The position numbers were made by a program, and so were the translations under genes. The notes beneath the pieces are model-generated. The model ran no database searches and was not told the DNA's origin. It saw only the letters and a program-made list of their open reading frames with translations. This document shows, piece by piece, positions 19,410-28,966 of a DNA stretch of 64,000 nt. Position 1 is the first letter of the stretch. Every line of letters starts with the position of its first letter. The stretch comes from Candidatus Acidiferrum sp. (GTDB lineage Bacteria > Vulcanimicrobiota > Vulcanimicrobiia > Vulcanimicrobiales > Vulcanimicrobiaceae): contig DATMKR010000057.1 of the NCBI GenBank assembly GCA_035571115.1, forward strand, positions 4,231-68,230, read 5' to 3'.

Positions 19410-20597
19410 GTGTTGGTTCGCATCGCGGGTCTCGGACCGGGTGATCCCGGGCTGCTGACCATTGGCAGCCTCGACGCGCTGCGTGCGATCGGTAAGGCCG
19501 TCGCCCTGCTCGCACCGCCGGATTTGACGGCCTATCTCGAACGCAGCGGCGTCACGATCGTTCGTGACGCGGTGGACGACCCGGCCCTCTTCGTGCGCGG
19601 AAGTTCCGAGGAGATCGGACATTTCGCGGATCGACTCTGCAGCGGGAAATACGGCGAAACGCTCGCTCTGGGCGTACTTGGAAACCCCCTCTCCGATTTT
19701 CCGGGCCTCCCTTCGCTGCTGCGGCTTTTGGAATCGCGAGGCGTCGCCACGCAGATCGTACCCGGCGTTCCGCGCGCGACGCTCTCCGCGTCGATCGCGA
19801 TGCCGCTGGTGCCGCTGCCGCCACAGTCGGCGCACTACTCGTGGGACGACTTAGTCGAGATCATGGCTCGTTTGCGCATGGGGTGCCCGTGGGATCGCGA
19901 GCAGACGCACCGCACGCTCGCTCCGTACCTGATCGAAGAGACGTACGAGGTGGTCGAGGCGATCGAAGGGCCGCACCTCGACGCCCTTTGCGAGGAGCTG
20001 GGCGACTTGCTCTTGCAGGTGCTCTTTCACGCGCAGGTCGCCATGGAGGTTGGAAAGTTCAGCATCGCCGACGTGGTGGACGCGCTCTCCAACAAGATGG
20101 TCCGCCGTCATCCGCACGTCTTCGGCGATGCGGTCATCGAAGACGTGGACGCGCAATGGCGGAGTTGGGAGAAGCTCAAAGCGCTGGAAAAAACCGGGCG
20201 CCAGCGTAAGAGCCGCCTCGACGGAATTCCCGCCCAGCTCGGCGCGCTGCAGCGCGGTCAGCGCATGCAGGAGAAGGCCGCACGCGTCGGCTTCGACTGG
20301 CCGAACGCGGCTGGAATTTTGGAAAAGCTCTCTGAGGAGCTGGGCGAGCTTGCCGAGGCGCGTCGCCTACCCCAAGACGATCCCAGCGTACGCGAAGAAC
20401 TCGGCGACGTTTTCTTCACCCTGGTCAATCTGTCGCGCGCATTGGGCATCGACGCCGAGACGGCGATGCGCGAAGCCAACGAAAAGTTCCACAAACGTTT
20501 TTCCTTCATGGAAGAGCGTGCGACGAAAAACGGAAAGAGCATTTCGGATCTCTCGTTCGACGAACTCGAGGCACTATGGCAACTGGCGAAGATTTGA
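19410..20597 (+). CDS. mazG: MazG nucleoside triphosphate pyrophosphohydrolase with an N-terminal tetrapyrrole-methylase-like domain (YabN-type)
   Basis: 395 aa. The N-terminus is [15 protein letters not shown]. Tandem MazG repeats are present: [28 protein letters not shown] and [22 protein letters not shown]. Confidence 0.85.
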   Translation: MLVRIAGLGPGDPGLLTIGSLDALRAIGKAVALLAPPDLTAYLERSGVTIVRDAVDDPALFVRGSSEEIGHFADRLCSGKYGETLALGVLGNPLSDFPGLPSLLRLLESRGVATQIVPGVPRATLSASIAMPLVPLPPQSAHYSWDDLVEIMARLRMGCPWDREQTHRTLAPYLIEETYEVVEAIEGPHLDALCEELGDLLLQVLFHAQVAMEVGKFSIADVVDALSNKMVRRHPHVFGDAVIEDVDAQWRSWEKLKALEKTGRQRKSRLDGIPAQLGALQRGQRMQEKAARVGFDWPNAAGILEKLSEELGELAEARRLPQDDPSVREELGDVFFTLVNLSRALGIDAETAMREANEKFHKRFSFMEERATKNGKSISDLSFDELEALWQLAKI

Positions 20598-20974
20598 ACG
20601 CAAAGCTTCGGGTGCGCATGAGCGCGCTCGACGCGCACTATGGCGGGAATCTCGTCGACGGAGCACGCGTGCTCGCACTCTTCGGCGACGTTGCAACGGA
20701 GCTGTTGATTCGAATGGACGGCGATGAGGGACTGTTTGCCGCCTACGATAGCGTCGAGTTCCTCGCGCCGGTCTTCGCCGGCGACTTCATCGAAGCGCAG
20801 GGCCGCATCGTCGAGGCCGGCAAGACGTCGCGCCGCATGGAGTTCGAAGCCCGCAAAGTGATCGCTGCGAGGCCGGAAATCGGTGAAAGCGCCGCCGACA
20901 TACTCGATCCGCCGGTGCTCGTCTGCCGCGCCTCGGGCACGTGTGTCACTCCAAAAGCGAAGAAAAGAAAGTAG
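20576..20974 (+). CDS. Hotdog-fold protein, 3-aminobutyryl-CoA ammonia-lyase (Kal)-like
   Basis: 132 aa with [66 protein letters not shown], which matches my memory of Kal-type hotdog proteins. It overlaps the mazG end by 22 nt. Confidence 0.55.
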   Translation: MATGEDLNAKLRVRMSALDAHYGGNLVDGARVLALFGDVATELLIRMDGDEGLFAAYDSVEFLAPVFAGDFIEAQGRIVEAGKTSRRMEFEARKVIAARPEIGESAADILDPPVLVCRASGTCVTPKAKKRK

Positions 20975-20976
20975 GG

Positions 20977-22365
20977 CTAGACGAGGCGTTCGTGCGTTTT
21001 GCGCTTCCAAACGAACTCGTAGTATGAGAACTGCAGCGCCAGCACGACGCAGTAGGCAGCGGGATAACCGAGCCACACGCCGTCGAGTCCGATGCGGTGC
21101 ATCAGGATCCACGCGACCGGCACTTCCACGCCCCAGATGGCAACGATGCCGTTGATCGTCGGCCAAAGCACGGTGCCGCTCCCGCGCATGAGGCCGCTGA
21201 GCACGGCAGAGTTTCCGAACAAGAGATAGCTCCACAGCGTGATCATCAGCAGTTGGTGCGCGATCGTCAGAGTGTAGTGGTCGGTAATGAACCAACCCAG
21301 AATGAACCAGGCGCACAGGTAGCAGACGGCGATGATGATGCCGCCGACGACGTAGTTCAAGCCGACTGCCGAGCGAATAACGCTCCCGAGCTTATCTTCG
21401 CGGCGCGCCCCGATGCATTGCGCGCCGAAGATCGAAGCCGCGATGCCGATCGAGATCGCGGGGAACTGTACGTAGCTGACAACCTGATTGACCGCTCCGT
21501 AGGCCGCCGTCGCGCTCGATCCAAAACGATTGACGAACGAGATGACGGCAATTTCAGCAAGGGAGACCATCATCACTTGAATGCCGGTCGGGACGCCGAT
21601 CCGCAAGACGGTGCCGAGAATTTGCCAATCGATCCCCATATCGACCAGGGTCTCGCGGTCAAACTGGAGCGGGTGGTGTTTGCGCCGGAGGTAGAGGAGG
21701 AGCCATGCGAAGGCCGCCGAGTTGGCGATAAGTCCGGAAACTGCTGCGCTCACGACGCCGAGCTTCGGCAATCCGAAGACTCCAACGATAAAAAGCGGCG
21801 TGATGACGATGGCCAGTAAGCTCGAAACGATAAGGGCATAGAACGGCGTGGCCGAATCGCCGGTGCCCCGCAAGATCGTCGCATAGACGAAATACACGAA
21901 AAAGACCGGCATCGACAGGAAAGCGACGCGCGCGTAGGCGTCCGACTGCGCGATGATATCAGGCGGCGTTGCCAGCCATTTGAGAATCGTCGGTGAGCCG
22001 AAATATCCCAGCACCGCGACGATGATGCCGAGATAGAGGGCCGCCCCCGTGACGGTCCCGGCGATCTTCTTGACCTTGTGGAAGTCCTTAGCGCCGAAGG
22101 CCTGCCCGATGAGAACGCTGCTTCCGCTCGAGACGCCGAAGACGAACGAAAAGAGCAAGAAGATGATGGGAAAGACCGCCGAGATCGCGCCGAGCGCTTG
22201 AGTCGAAATCAACCGGCCGATCCAGATGCTGGCCATCGTTTGCGATGCCGATTGTAAGACGTTGCTCAGCATCAGAGGCACCAGAAAAACGAGGAGGATC
22301 TGCCACATCGGCTTGCCCTCCTCGAAAATGTTCACCCCGCGTTGCTGCGGTCGCGCTTGCGCCAA
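20977..22365 (-). CDS. MATE family efflux transporter
   Basis: 462 aa, 12-TM pattern. N-terminus LLVFLVPLMLSNVLQSASQTMASIWIGRL is typical of NorM/DinF-type MATE proteins. Confidence 0.85.
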   Translation of the reverse strand: MAQARPQQRGVNIFEEGKPMWQILLVFLVPLMLSNVLQSASQTMASIWIGRLISTQALGAISAVFPIIFLLFSFVFGVSSGSSVLIGQAFGAKDFHKVKKIAGTVTGAALYLGIIVAVLGYFGSPTILKWLATPPDIIAQSDAYARVAFLSMPVFFVYFVYATILRGTGDSATPFYALIVSSLLAIVITPLFIVGVFGLPKLGVVSAAVSGLIANSAAFAWLLLYLRRKHHPLQFDRETLVDMGIDWQILGTVLRIGVPTGIQVMMVSLAEIAVISFVNRFGSSATAAYGAVNQVVSYVQFPAISIGIAASIFGAQCIGARREDKLGSVIRSAVGLNYVVGGIIIAVCYLCAWFILGWFITDHYTLTIAHQLLMITLWSYLLFGNSAVLSGLMRGSGTVLWPTINGIVAIWGVEVPVAWILMHRIGLDGVWLGYPAAYCVVLALQFSYYEFVWKRKTHERLV

Positions 22366-22377
22366 ACTGCGAACCCC

Positions 22378-22854
22378 TTACTCTGTTGCCAGCACTTCGT
22401 AAATCTCCTTGCGCGTCTTGTCGAGCAACTCGCGCACGCGCTCGATGCTTTCGGGCTTGGAAGTATAGCCGAGCTGTGAAACCGCCTGTATCAGTCGAGA
22501 CGCCGAATCGCGCATTTGCGCCCGCCGGTCCCGCGTGCCCTCTTCTTCGCCGTCATCTTCAAAAAAGCGACCGATGTCGGCCCAGCGCTCTTCCATCATT
22601 TTTCGTCCTTTCTCCGTGAGTTCGTAGATGCGGCGCCCCTCCTCGTCGCGGCCGGCGATGAAACCGGCCGCCTCGAGCGCCGCGAGCAGCGGATAGACCG
22701 AACCGGCGCCCCCCGCCCAACCCTTCTCCCGTATCTCGCGAATCAAGTCGTAACCGTGCCGCGGCATCTCGCCGAGCAGTTTGAGCAGGGCAAACTTAAG
22801 GATTCCACGCTTTAGCCGCCGCATTCCGTGCCGGCGCATTCCCCATCTTTGCAT
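22378..22854 (-). CDS. PadR family transcriptional regulator
   Basis: LKFALLKLLGEMPRHGYDLIREIREKGW...GSVYPLLAALEAAGFIAGRDEEGRRIYELTEKG is a PadR winged helix. The start is placed at Met 22854 because codons upstream of it (track start 22890) coincide with a near-consensus promoter. Confidence 0.8.
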   Translation of the reverse strand: MQRWGMRRHGMRRLKRGILKFALLKLLGEMPRHGYDLIREIREKGWAGGAGSVYPLLAALEAAGFIAGRDEEGRRIYELTEKGRKMMEERWADIGRFFEDDGEEEGTRDRRAQMRDSASRLIQAVSQLGYTSKPESIERVRELLDKTRKEIYEVLATE

Positions 22855-22862
22855 TTGCGAAT

Positions 22863-22890
22863 AGTATACGATATATCGCGATACTGTCAA
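22863..22890 (-). promoter_or_regulatory. Sigma-70-type promoter of padR with an embedded 10-bp palindrome
   Basis: On the minus strand: TTGACA (22890-22885), a 16-nt spacer gTATCGCGATAtatcg, then TATACT (22868-22863). The ATG at 22854 begins 9 nt after the -10, implying a leaderless or near-leaderless mRNA. TATCGCGATA (22874-22883) is a perfect palindrome. Confidence 0.5.
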
Positions 22891-22896
22891 TGCCCC

Positions 22897-22975
22897 ATCC
22901 TTCGTCCTTCGACCCTTCGACCCTTCGGCAAGCTCAGGGCAGGCTGAGCTCAGGGCAGGCTGAGCTCAGGGTGAC
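22897..22975. repeat. Copy of the GC-rich repeat family with internal short tandem duplications
   Basis: The sequence is ccttcgtccttcgacccttcgacccttcggcaagctcagggcaggctgagctcagggcaggctgagctcagggtgac. CCTTCGAC is iterated and GCTCAGGGCAGGCTGA is duplicated. It is related to the in-frame ileS copy at 41.8 kb. Confidence 0.5.
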
Positions 22976-23023
22976 CCTCCAGGGGTGACAACGTTAGGTC
23001 GGCCGACGGCGAACTCTGGCGGT

Positions 23024-23296
23024 GTGCGGTTGGACAAGTTCATGAAGGTCTCGCGGTTGGCGAAGCGGCGAAGCGAGGCGCACGAGGCCTTGGAGCACGG
23101 ACGCATCACCAGGGACGGAAAGCCGCTCAAGCCGGGCTATCGAGTTAAGCCTGGAGACGTTCTCGAGATCCACTACGCGACGAGGCTCGTGACGGTCCGC
23201 GTGCGCGAAGTTCCGTTGCGCGTCACGCCGGCCACGAAGCCGGCCGAGCTTTACGAGATTCTCGACTCGCGGCGGGACGAGGCAGAGTGGATATGA
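23024..23296 (+). CDS. rqcP: S4-domain RNA-binding protein, YabO/RqcP-like
   Basis: From GTG 23024 the product reads VRLDKFMKVSRLAKRRSEAHEALEHGRITRDGKPLKPGYRVKPGDVLEI... It aligns along its length with my memory of B. subtilis YabO (MRLDKFLKVSRLIKRR...). The track start at 22985 is probably too far upstream. Confidence 0.7.
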   Translation: MRLDKFMKVSRLAKRRSEAHEALEHGRITRDGKPLKPGYRVKPGDVLEIHYATRLVTVRVREVPLRVTPATKPAELYEILDSRRDEAEWI

Positions 23297-24159
23297 TCTC
23301 GGCCGACACGAAGGACGCGCTCGCGCGCGAGCTTCCCGACGAGCGTCATTGCCGCGATTCATTGCTCGCCGGACTCTGCGTGTACGGCAGCATCGACGGC
23401 CACTTTGTGACGCATCGCAACGCCGTCGCGCGCCTATTTTGGTCGCTGCTGGAAGAGCGCAAGCTTCACGTCATCGAGACACGCGCTCCCACCCGGCTGC
23501 AACGCTTACCGACCTTCGCAGTGAGATTGCCGCAACGGCTGCGCGCGATGCCGCCCAAACCCGTACGCAAGTGCGATCGTTTGGTCGAAGTGCGCGCCGC
23601 TTTTTTGGCGTGCGGCTCGCTGGCGGCGGGAGCACGCGGTTACCATCTCGAGTTCGTCGTCCGTGACGAAGGTGTCGCGGCGCGCTTGAGGTGGATGTTG
23701 CGCAGCAACGGGGTCGCGGCAAAAGAGACGCACCGGAAGGGACGAGCCGTTCTCTATCTCAAGGATTTCGACGCGATCGCGGAGCTCCTGACGCGCATCG
23801 GCGCTTTCGCAGCGGTGCTGCGGCTGGAGGACGTGCGCGCCTTGCGCGAGACCAAGAACCGCATTCATCGCCTGGTGAATACCGAGGCGGCGAACCTGCA
23901 GCGCAGCGCCCAAGCCGGTGCCCAACAGCGGCGCGTCATCGAGTTTTTGCAGAGCGCCTACGGTTTGTCGCGGCTCTCGCCGCCGCTGCGCGAAGTCGCC
24001 GAGCTTCGCCTGCGTCATCCCGAGGAGTCGCTTACGGAGCTGGGTCGCCGCTGCAATCCGCCCATCGGCAAACCGACCGTGAGCAGCCGGCTGGGCGCGT
24101 TAACCAAGTTGGCCGGCAACCTGCGAGGCATGCAGGGGAGCGCGAAAGCGGCCCGGTAA
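23287..24159 (+). CDS. whiA: DNA-binding protein WhiA
   Basis: 290 aa with LAGLCVYGS, HLEFVV (degenerate LAGLIDADG-like domains), and a C-terminal HTH ESLTELGRRCNPPIGKPTVSSRLGALTKLA. It sits in the classical position upstream of gap. Confidence 0.9.
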   Translation: MDMISADTKDALARELPDERHCRDSLLAGLCVYGSIDGHFVTHRNAVARLFWSLLEERKLHVIETRAPTRLQRLPTFAVRLPQRLRAMPPKPVRKCDRLVEVRAAFLACGSLAAGARGYHLEFVVRDEGVAARLRWMLRSNGVAAKETHRKGRAVLYLKDFDAIAELLTRIGAFAAVLRLEDVRALRETKNRIHRLVNTEAANLQRSAQAGAQQRRVIEFLQSAYGLSRLSPPLREVAELRLRHPEESLTELGRRCNPPIGKPTVSSRLGALTKLAGNLRGMQGSAKAAR

Positions 24160-24168
24160 ACGCGGCTC

Positions 24169-25182
24169 ATGCGCATCGGAATCAACGGCTTCGGCCGCAT
24201 CGGGCGAAACTTCACCAAAGCGATCGCGGAACGCCATCCGGAAATCGAGATCGCCGCCGTAAACGACCTCATGCCTGCAACGGAGTGCGCGCACCTCTTT
24301 AAATACGACAGCAACTACGGCATCTACGGCGGCAGCGTGAGCGCCGGCGACGCAACGCTCTCCATCGACCGGCAGAGCATCCGCGTCTTTGCCGAGCGCG
24401 ACCCCGGAAAAATTCCCTGGCGCGATCTGGGTGTCGACATTGTCGTCGAGTCGACCGGCCTCTTCACCGATGCGGCCAAGGCTCGCGCGCATATCGATAG
24501 CGGCGGCGCGAAAAAAGTCATCATCTCCTCCCCGGCAAAGGGCGAAGACATCACGATCGTGCTGGGCGTAAACGACCGCCGCTACGACCCGCAGAAACAT
24601 AACGTCATCTCCAACGCATCGTGTACGACGAACTGTTTGGCCACCGCCGTGAAGCCGGTCGTCGAAGAGCTCGGCTGGGTCAAGGGTTTCATGACGACGA
24701 TCCACTCCTACACCAACGATCAGAACGTGCTCGATGGACCGCAACGGGATCCTCGCCGTGCGCGAAATGCCGCGACCAACATCATTCCAACCTCGACTGG
24801 CGCTGCGAAAGCACTTTACCTGACGATTCCGGAAGTCGAAGGCACCTTCGACGGCTTTTCGCTCCGCGTCCCGACGCCGACGGTATCGATGATCTACCTC
24901 GTCGCGCAAACGAAACGTCCGACGACGAAGGAGCAACTCAATGCGCTGTTGCGCCGCGCGGCGGAGGGCGAGATGAGCAAGTACGTCGCCTATACCGAAG
25001 AAGAGCTCGTCTCGAGCGACTATAAAAAGAATCCGAACAGCTCGATCATTGACTCAAGGCTCAGCAATGCCAACGGCGACCTCATCCAAATTGCCGCCTG
25101 GTACGACAACGAATGGGGCTATTCGTGTCGCCTCGCAGAGCTGACCGCTTTGGTCGGGTCGACGATTCCAGCCGCGCAGTAG
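24169..25182 (+). CDS. gap: Glyceraldehyde-3-phosphate dehydrogenase, type I
   Basis: MRIGINGFGRIGRNF ... SNASCTTNCLA ... WYDNEWGYS. Confidence 0.95.
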   Translation: MRIGINGFGRIGRNFTKAIAERHPEIEIAAVNDLMPATECAHLFKYDSNYGIYGGSVSAGDATLSIDRQSIRVFAERDPGKIPWRDLGVDIVVESTGLFTDAAKARAHIDSGGAKKVIISSPAKGEDITIVLGVNDRRYDPQKHNVISNASCTTNCLATAVKPVVEELGWVKGFMTTIHSYTNDQNVLDGPQRDPRRARNAATNIIPTSTGAAKALYLTIPEVEGTFDGFSLRVPTPTVSMIYLVAQTKRPTTKEQLNALLRRAAEGEMSKYVAYTEEELVSSDYKKNPNSSIIDSRLSNANGDLIQIAAWYDNEWGYSCRLAELTALVGSTIPAAQ

Positions 25183-26369
25183 TGGCCTTTCGACGCCTGC
25201 AAGAGTGCGACGTTCGCGGCAGGCGCGTTCTCGTGCGCGAAGATTTGAACGTCCCGCTCAACCGCGAGACCGGTGAGATTGCCGACTATGGCCGCGTCGA
25301 CGCTGCGCTGCCGACGCTGCGCTGGCTGCACGAACGCGGCGCGAAAACGATCGTGCTTTCGCATCTCGGGCGGCCCGACGGCAAACCGGATCCAAAGCTC
25401 TCTTTGCGGCCGGTCGCGCGAGCGCTTTCGGAACGCTTGGACGTTCCCGTCGGCTTTGCCCCCGACTGCGTCGGCGAGGCCGCCGAAAGCGCGGTCGCCA
25501 AGCTGCGCGACGGCGACGTGCTTTTGCTCGAAAACGTCCGCTTCCATGCCGGCGAAGAACGCAACGATCCCGGGTTCGCCCAGCAGCTTGCAAAACTGGG
25601 CGATCTCTACGTAAACGACGCCTTTGCGACGGCGCATCGCGCACATGCGTCGACGGAAGGAATCGCGCATCTGCTTCCAAGCGCCGCCGGCCTTTTGATG
25701 CAAGCCGAGTTGTCGGCCCTCTCACGTCTGACCGACCGTCCTGCCAGGCCCTTCGTCTGCGCCGTCGGCGGTGCGAAGATCAAGGACAAGATCGCCATGC
25801 TGGAGCGTTTGAGCGAACTGGTCGACGCTTTTTGCATCGGCGGCGGTATGGCGAATACGCTGCTCGCGGCTCGCGGGGTCGGTGTCGGCACGTCGCTGCG
25901 CGACGACGATCTCGAGCCGGCGCGCCGAATCCTGGCGGCGATCGAAGAACGCCGAGTCGATCTCCATCTGCCGACCGATGCGGTCGTGGCGCCCTCGGTG
26001 GAGGCGGAGGACCGGGCTCACGTCGTTCCGATCGAAGCCGTCGGTGAGGAGATGATTCTCGACATCGGTCCTGCAAGCGCGCAGACGTATGCGAACGCAA
26101 TCGAAGTCGCCAAGACGATCGTTTTTAACGGCCCGATGGGCGTCTATGAGAGACCGGCCTATCGCCGCGGAACGCAGGTAGTCGGCGATGCAATCGCGCG
26201 CGCGACGGAGGCCGGGGCGACCAGCGTCGTCGGCGGCGGCGACGCCGCCGCGGCAGCGCACTTGCTGGGCTTCGCCTCCAAAATGACCTACGTTTCGACC
26301 GGCGGGGGCGCCACGCTGGAGTTCTTGGAAGGCAAACGACTGCCCGGAGTCGTCGCGCTTGAACGTTAG
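25182..26369 (+). CDS. pgk: Phosphoglycerate kinase
   Basis: GTG at 25182 shares 1 nt with the gap stop. The product starts VAFRRLQECDVRGRRVLVREDLNVPL and contains HLGRPDG and GGGDAAAA. The track start at 25113 lies inside gap and is rejected. Confidence 0.9.
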   Translation: MAFRRLQECDVRGRRVLVREDLNVPLNRETGEIADYGRVDAALPTLRWLHERGAKTIVLSHLGRPDGKPDPKLSLRPVARALSERLDVPVGFAPDCVGEAAESAVAKLRDGDVLLLENVRFHAGEERNDPGFAQQLAKLGDLYVNDAFATAHRAHASTEGIAHLLPSAAGLLMQAELSALSRLTDRPARPFVCAVGGAKIKDKIAMLERLSELVDAFCIGGGMANTLLAARGVGVGTSLRDDDLEPARRILAAIEERRVDLHLPTDAVVAPSVEAEDRAHVVPIEAVGEEMILDIGPASAQTYANAIEVAKTIVFNGPMGVYERPAYRRGTQVVGDAIARATEAGATSVVGGGDAAAAAHLLGFASKMTYVSTGGGATLEFLEGKRLPGVVALER

Positions 26370-27105
26370 AACGATCCTCGCGGGCAACTGGAAGATGCAC
26401 AAGACTGCGCCCGAGACGGCCGCGTTCTTCGATGCGTTCCTGCCCCGCATCGCGCCGATTGCAGCAGAAATCGAGATCGTCGTCGCGCCCGCGTTTACGT
26501 CGCTGCAGTTGGCGAGCGAGTTCCTGCGGGGCACGCGCGTGCGCCTGGGCGCGCAGACGATGCATTGGGAGCTGCAAGGAGCCTTCACCGGCGAAGTGAG
26601 CGCGCCGATGCTGCGGGCGCTCGGGGTCTCGCACGTGATCCTCGGGCACTCGGAACGGCGCGCCTATTGTGACGAAACCGATCGTACGGTCAACTTGAAG
26701 GTACGTACGGCGCTCGCGCAGGGCTTGACGCCGATCGTCGCCGTCGGCGAGACCCTCGACGAGCGCCGCGCCGGCGCGACGGACGACCGTATCCTATCGC
26801 AGACACGCGCTGCATTTGACGGCGTACCCGCAGCCGATCTCTCGAAGGTAGCGATCGCATACGAACCTATCTGGGCGATTGGCACCGGCCAGAGCTGCGA
26901 CCCCGACGAAGCCAATAGGGTAATGGCGACGATTCGCCATGCGATCGACGGCTTGGGTGGAACGCCAATTCTCTACGGCGGAAGCATGACGGCGGCGAAC
27001 GTTGCGTCGTACATGCAATGCTCCGATATCAACGGCGGTTTGGTCGGAGGTGCGTCGCTCGATCCCGAGGGTTTCGCGGCACTGATCGCGCGAGCCGTGT
27101 CATAG
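26359..27105 (+). CDS. tpiA: Triosephosphate isomerase
   Basis: TTG start. Motifs: ILAGNWKMHKT, GHSERR, AYEPIWAIGTG. Confidence 0.9.
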   Translation: MNVRTILAGNWKMHKTAPETAAFFDAFLPRIAPIAAEIEIVVAPAFTSLQLASEFLRGTRVRLGAQTMHWELQGAFTGEVSAPMLRALGVSHVILGHSERRAYCDETDRTVNLKVRTALAQGLTPIVAVGETLDERRAGATDDRILSQTRAAFDGVPAADLSKVAIAYEPIWAIGTGQSCDPDEANRVMATIRHAIDGLGGTPILYGGSMTAANVASYMQCSDINGGLVGGASLDPEGFAALIARAVS

Positions 27106-27119
27106 CGTACCGGCCCGTT

Positions 27120-28658
27120 GTGTTGTGCGTGCTCGACGGCTGGGGATGCCGGGATGCCACGCACGGCAATGCGATCGCGGCGGCAAACCTGCCACATTGG
27201 CGGGCGCTCTTCGAGCGCTATCCGCACACGATGCTGCGCGCGTCGGGCGAAGCGGTAGGTCTTCCCGAGGGCGTCATGGGCAACAGCGAGGTCGGCCATA
27301 TGAACCTTGGGAGCGGGCGCGTCGTGCCGCAAGGCGTCACGCGGATCGACGCCGAGATCGCATCGGGCGAGTTCGCGAAGAACGATACGCTGCTCCAGGC
27401 GATTTCGCACGTCGGGCGCCAAGGCAAAACGCTTCATTTAATGGGCCTGCTCTCCGACGGGCAAGTTCATAGTTCGATCGTCCATCTCTTCGCTTTAATC
27501 GATGCCGCCGTCGGAGCCGGCGTCCGGTTTGCCGTGCACTGCTTTCTCGACGGACGCGACACGCCGCCGCGCTCGGCGATGATTTACGTTGGACGCCTCG
27601 AGGAAAAACTCGCCGCGGTCGGCCGCGCCGGCGCAATAGCCAGCGTTACCGGACGATTCTACGCCATGGATCGCGACCTGCGCTGGGAACGTACGCAGCT
27701 TGCTTACGATCTGCTTTCGCAGGGTCGCGCGCAATTCCGCACCGCCGACGCGCTTTGCGCCGTCCGCGACGGCTACGCGCGGGGGGAAGATGACGAGTTC
27801 GTACTACCGACGATCGTCGGAGAGCCGCGCCCCACTCAAGACGGTGACGCAATCATCTTCTTCAATTTCCGCCCGGACCGCGCGCGTCAGTTGACGACGG
27901 CGTTCAACGCCGGGACGACGCTGTACTACAACGGCGGCTTCGATGCATTCGCGACCAGGACATATCGCGATCCTTACTTCGCGACGATGACGAAGTACGA
28001 CGAGAGCTACACCAATCCGGTACTCTTCGGCCCGCGCCCGCAGCACGAGACGTTCGGCAAGGTCCTCGCGCGGACGGGCTTACGGCAGTTGCGACTCGCC
28101 GAAACCGAGAAGTACGCCCACGTTACCTATTTCTTCAACGGCGGCCGCGAGGACCGTTTCGCGGGTGAAGACCGCGAGCTAATCCCCTCGGACCGCTCGG
28201 TGGCGACGTACGATCTCGCACCGGCGATGCGCGCGCGAGAGATCACGAATGCCGCCGTCAACGCGATCGCGAGCGGACGTTACGACGCAATCGTCATGAA
28301 CTATGCCAACGCCGACATGGTCGGCCATACCGGCAAGTGGGAGCCAACGATCGAGGCCGTCGAAGTCATCGACGAATGCTTGCCGCGGCTGGTTGACGCG
28401 ACGCTTCGCGCGAACGGCCTCCTCGCGATTACGGCCGATCACGGCAACGCCGAAACGAAGCTCGACGAGCAGAACCATCCTCTCACGGCGCACACGACCA
28501 ACCCGGTGCCTTTGGTTCTTGTCGCTAACGGCTTGCATGGAAGCCTCGCAAGCGGCGGCAAACTGGGCGACGTCGCGCCAACATTGCTGAGCCTCATGGG
28601 CCTTCCAATTCCCAACCAAATGACCGGGGTGAATCTTTTCGGCGCCTCACACTCCTAG
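27120..28658 (+). CDS. gpmI: 2,3-bisphosphoglycerate-independent phosphoglycerate mutase
   Basis: Motifs: VLCVLDGWG, GNSEVGHMNLGSGR, ADHGNAE. The start is uncertain: the only canonical candidates after the tpiA stop are GTG 27120 and TTG 27123, directly at the conserved N-terminus. The track start at 27018 lies inside tpiA. Confidence 0.85.
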   Translation: MLCVLDGWGCRDATHGNAIAAANLPHWRALFERYPHTMLRASGEAVGLPEGVMGNSEVGHMNLGSGRVVPQGVTRIDAEIASGEFAKNDTLLQAISHVGRQGKTLHLMGLLSDGQVHSSIVHLFALIDAAVGAGVRFAVHCFLDGRDTPPRSAMIYVGRLEEKLAAVGRAGAIASVTGRFYAMDRDLRWERTQLAYDLLSQGRAQFRTADALCAVRDGYARGEDDEFVLPTIVGEPRPTQDGDAIIFFNFRPDRARQLTTAFNAGTTLYYNGGFDAFATRTYRDPYFATMTKYDESYTNPVLFGPRPQHETFGKVLARTGLRQLRLAETEKYAHVTYFFNGGREDRFAGEDRELIPSDRSVATYDLAPAMRAREITNAAVNAIASGRYDAIVMNYANADMVGHTGKWEPTIEAVEVIDECLPRLVDATLRANGLLAITADHGNAETKLDEQNHPLTAHTTNPVPLVLVANGLHGSLASGGKLGDVAPTLLSLMGLPIPNQMTGVNLFGASHS

Positions 28659-28747
28659 AAAAATTCATGCAAATCACAGGCGCCCTTACGGTGCCGTTCA
28701 GGAACGTGTGAGAGCATACCGTGGAAGGCTAAGAGGAGGATTCCACG

Positions 28748-28864
28748 ATGCAGTGCCACCGTAAAGAAATCCACGATGTCCTAATCTTCGCACGCGGCTT
28801 GACCTTTTTCATCTTTGTCGGCGCTGCCACGGTCGCAATCGCGCTCGCGGCGCACCTTCACTAG
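28748..28864 (+). CDS. Candidate small membrane protein (38 aa)
   Basis: Not in the track because it is under 60 aa. A strong SD AAGAGGAGGA ends 7 nt before the ATG. The product is MQCHRKEIHDVLIFARGLTFFIFVGAATVAIALAAHLH, with one hydrophobic helix. Confidence 0.35.
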   Translation: MQCHRKEIHDVLIFARGLTFFIFVGAATVAIALAAHLH

Positions 28865-28966
28865 CGCGGCGTGCAAAACTTACGAGACCCTATGCGAGGC
28901 GCGGATGGCCGCGCCGCAAGAGCGCACTCTCGAGCTCCGCCTCCGCGCGGCCGGAAGGGAGGGAGG

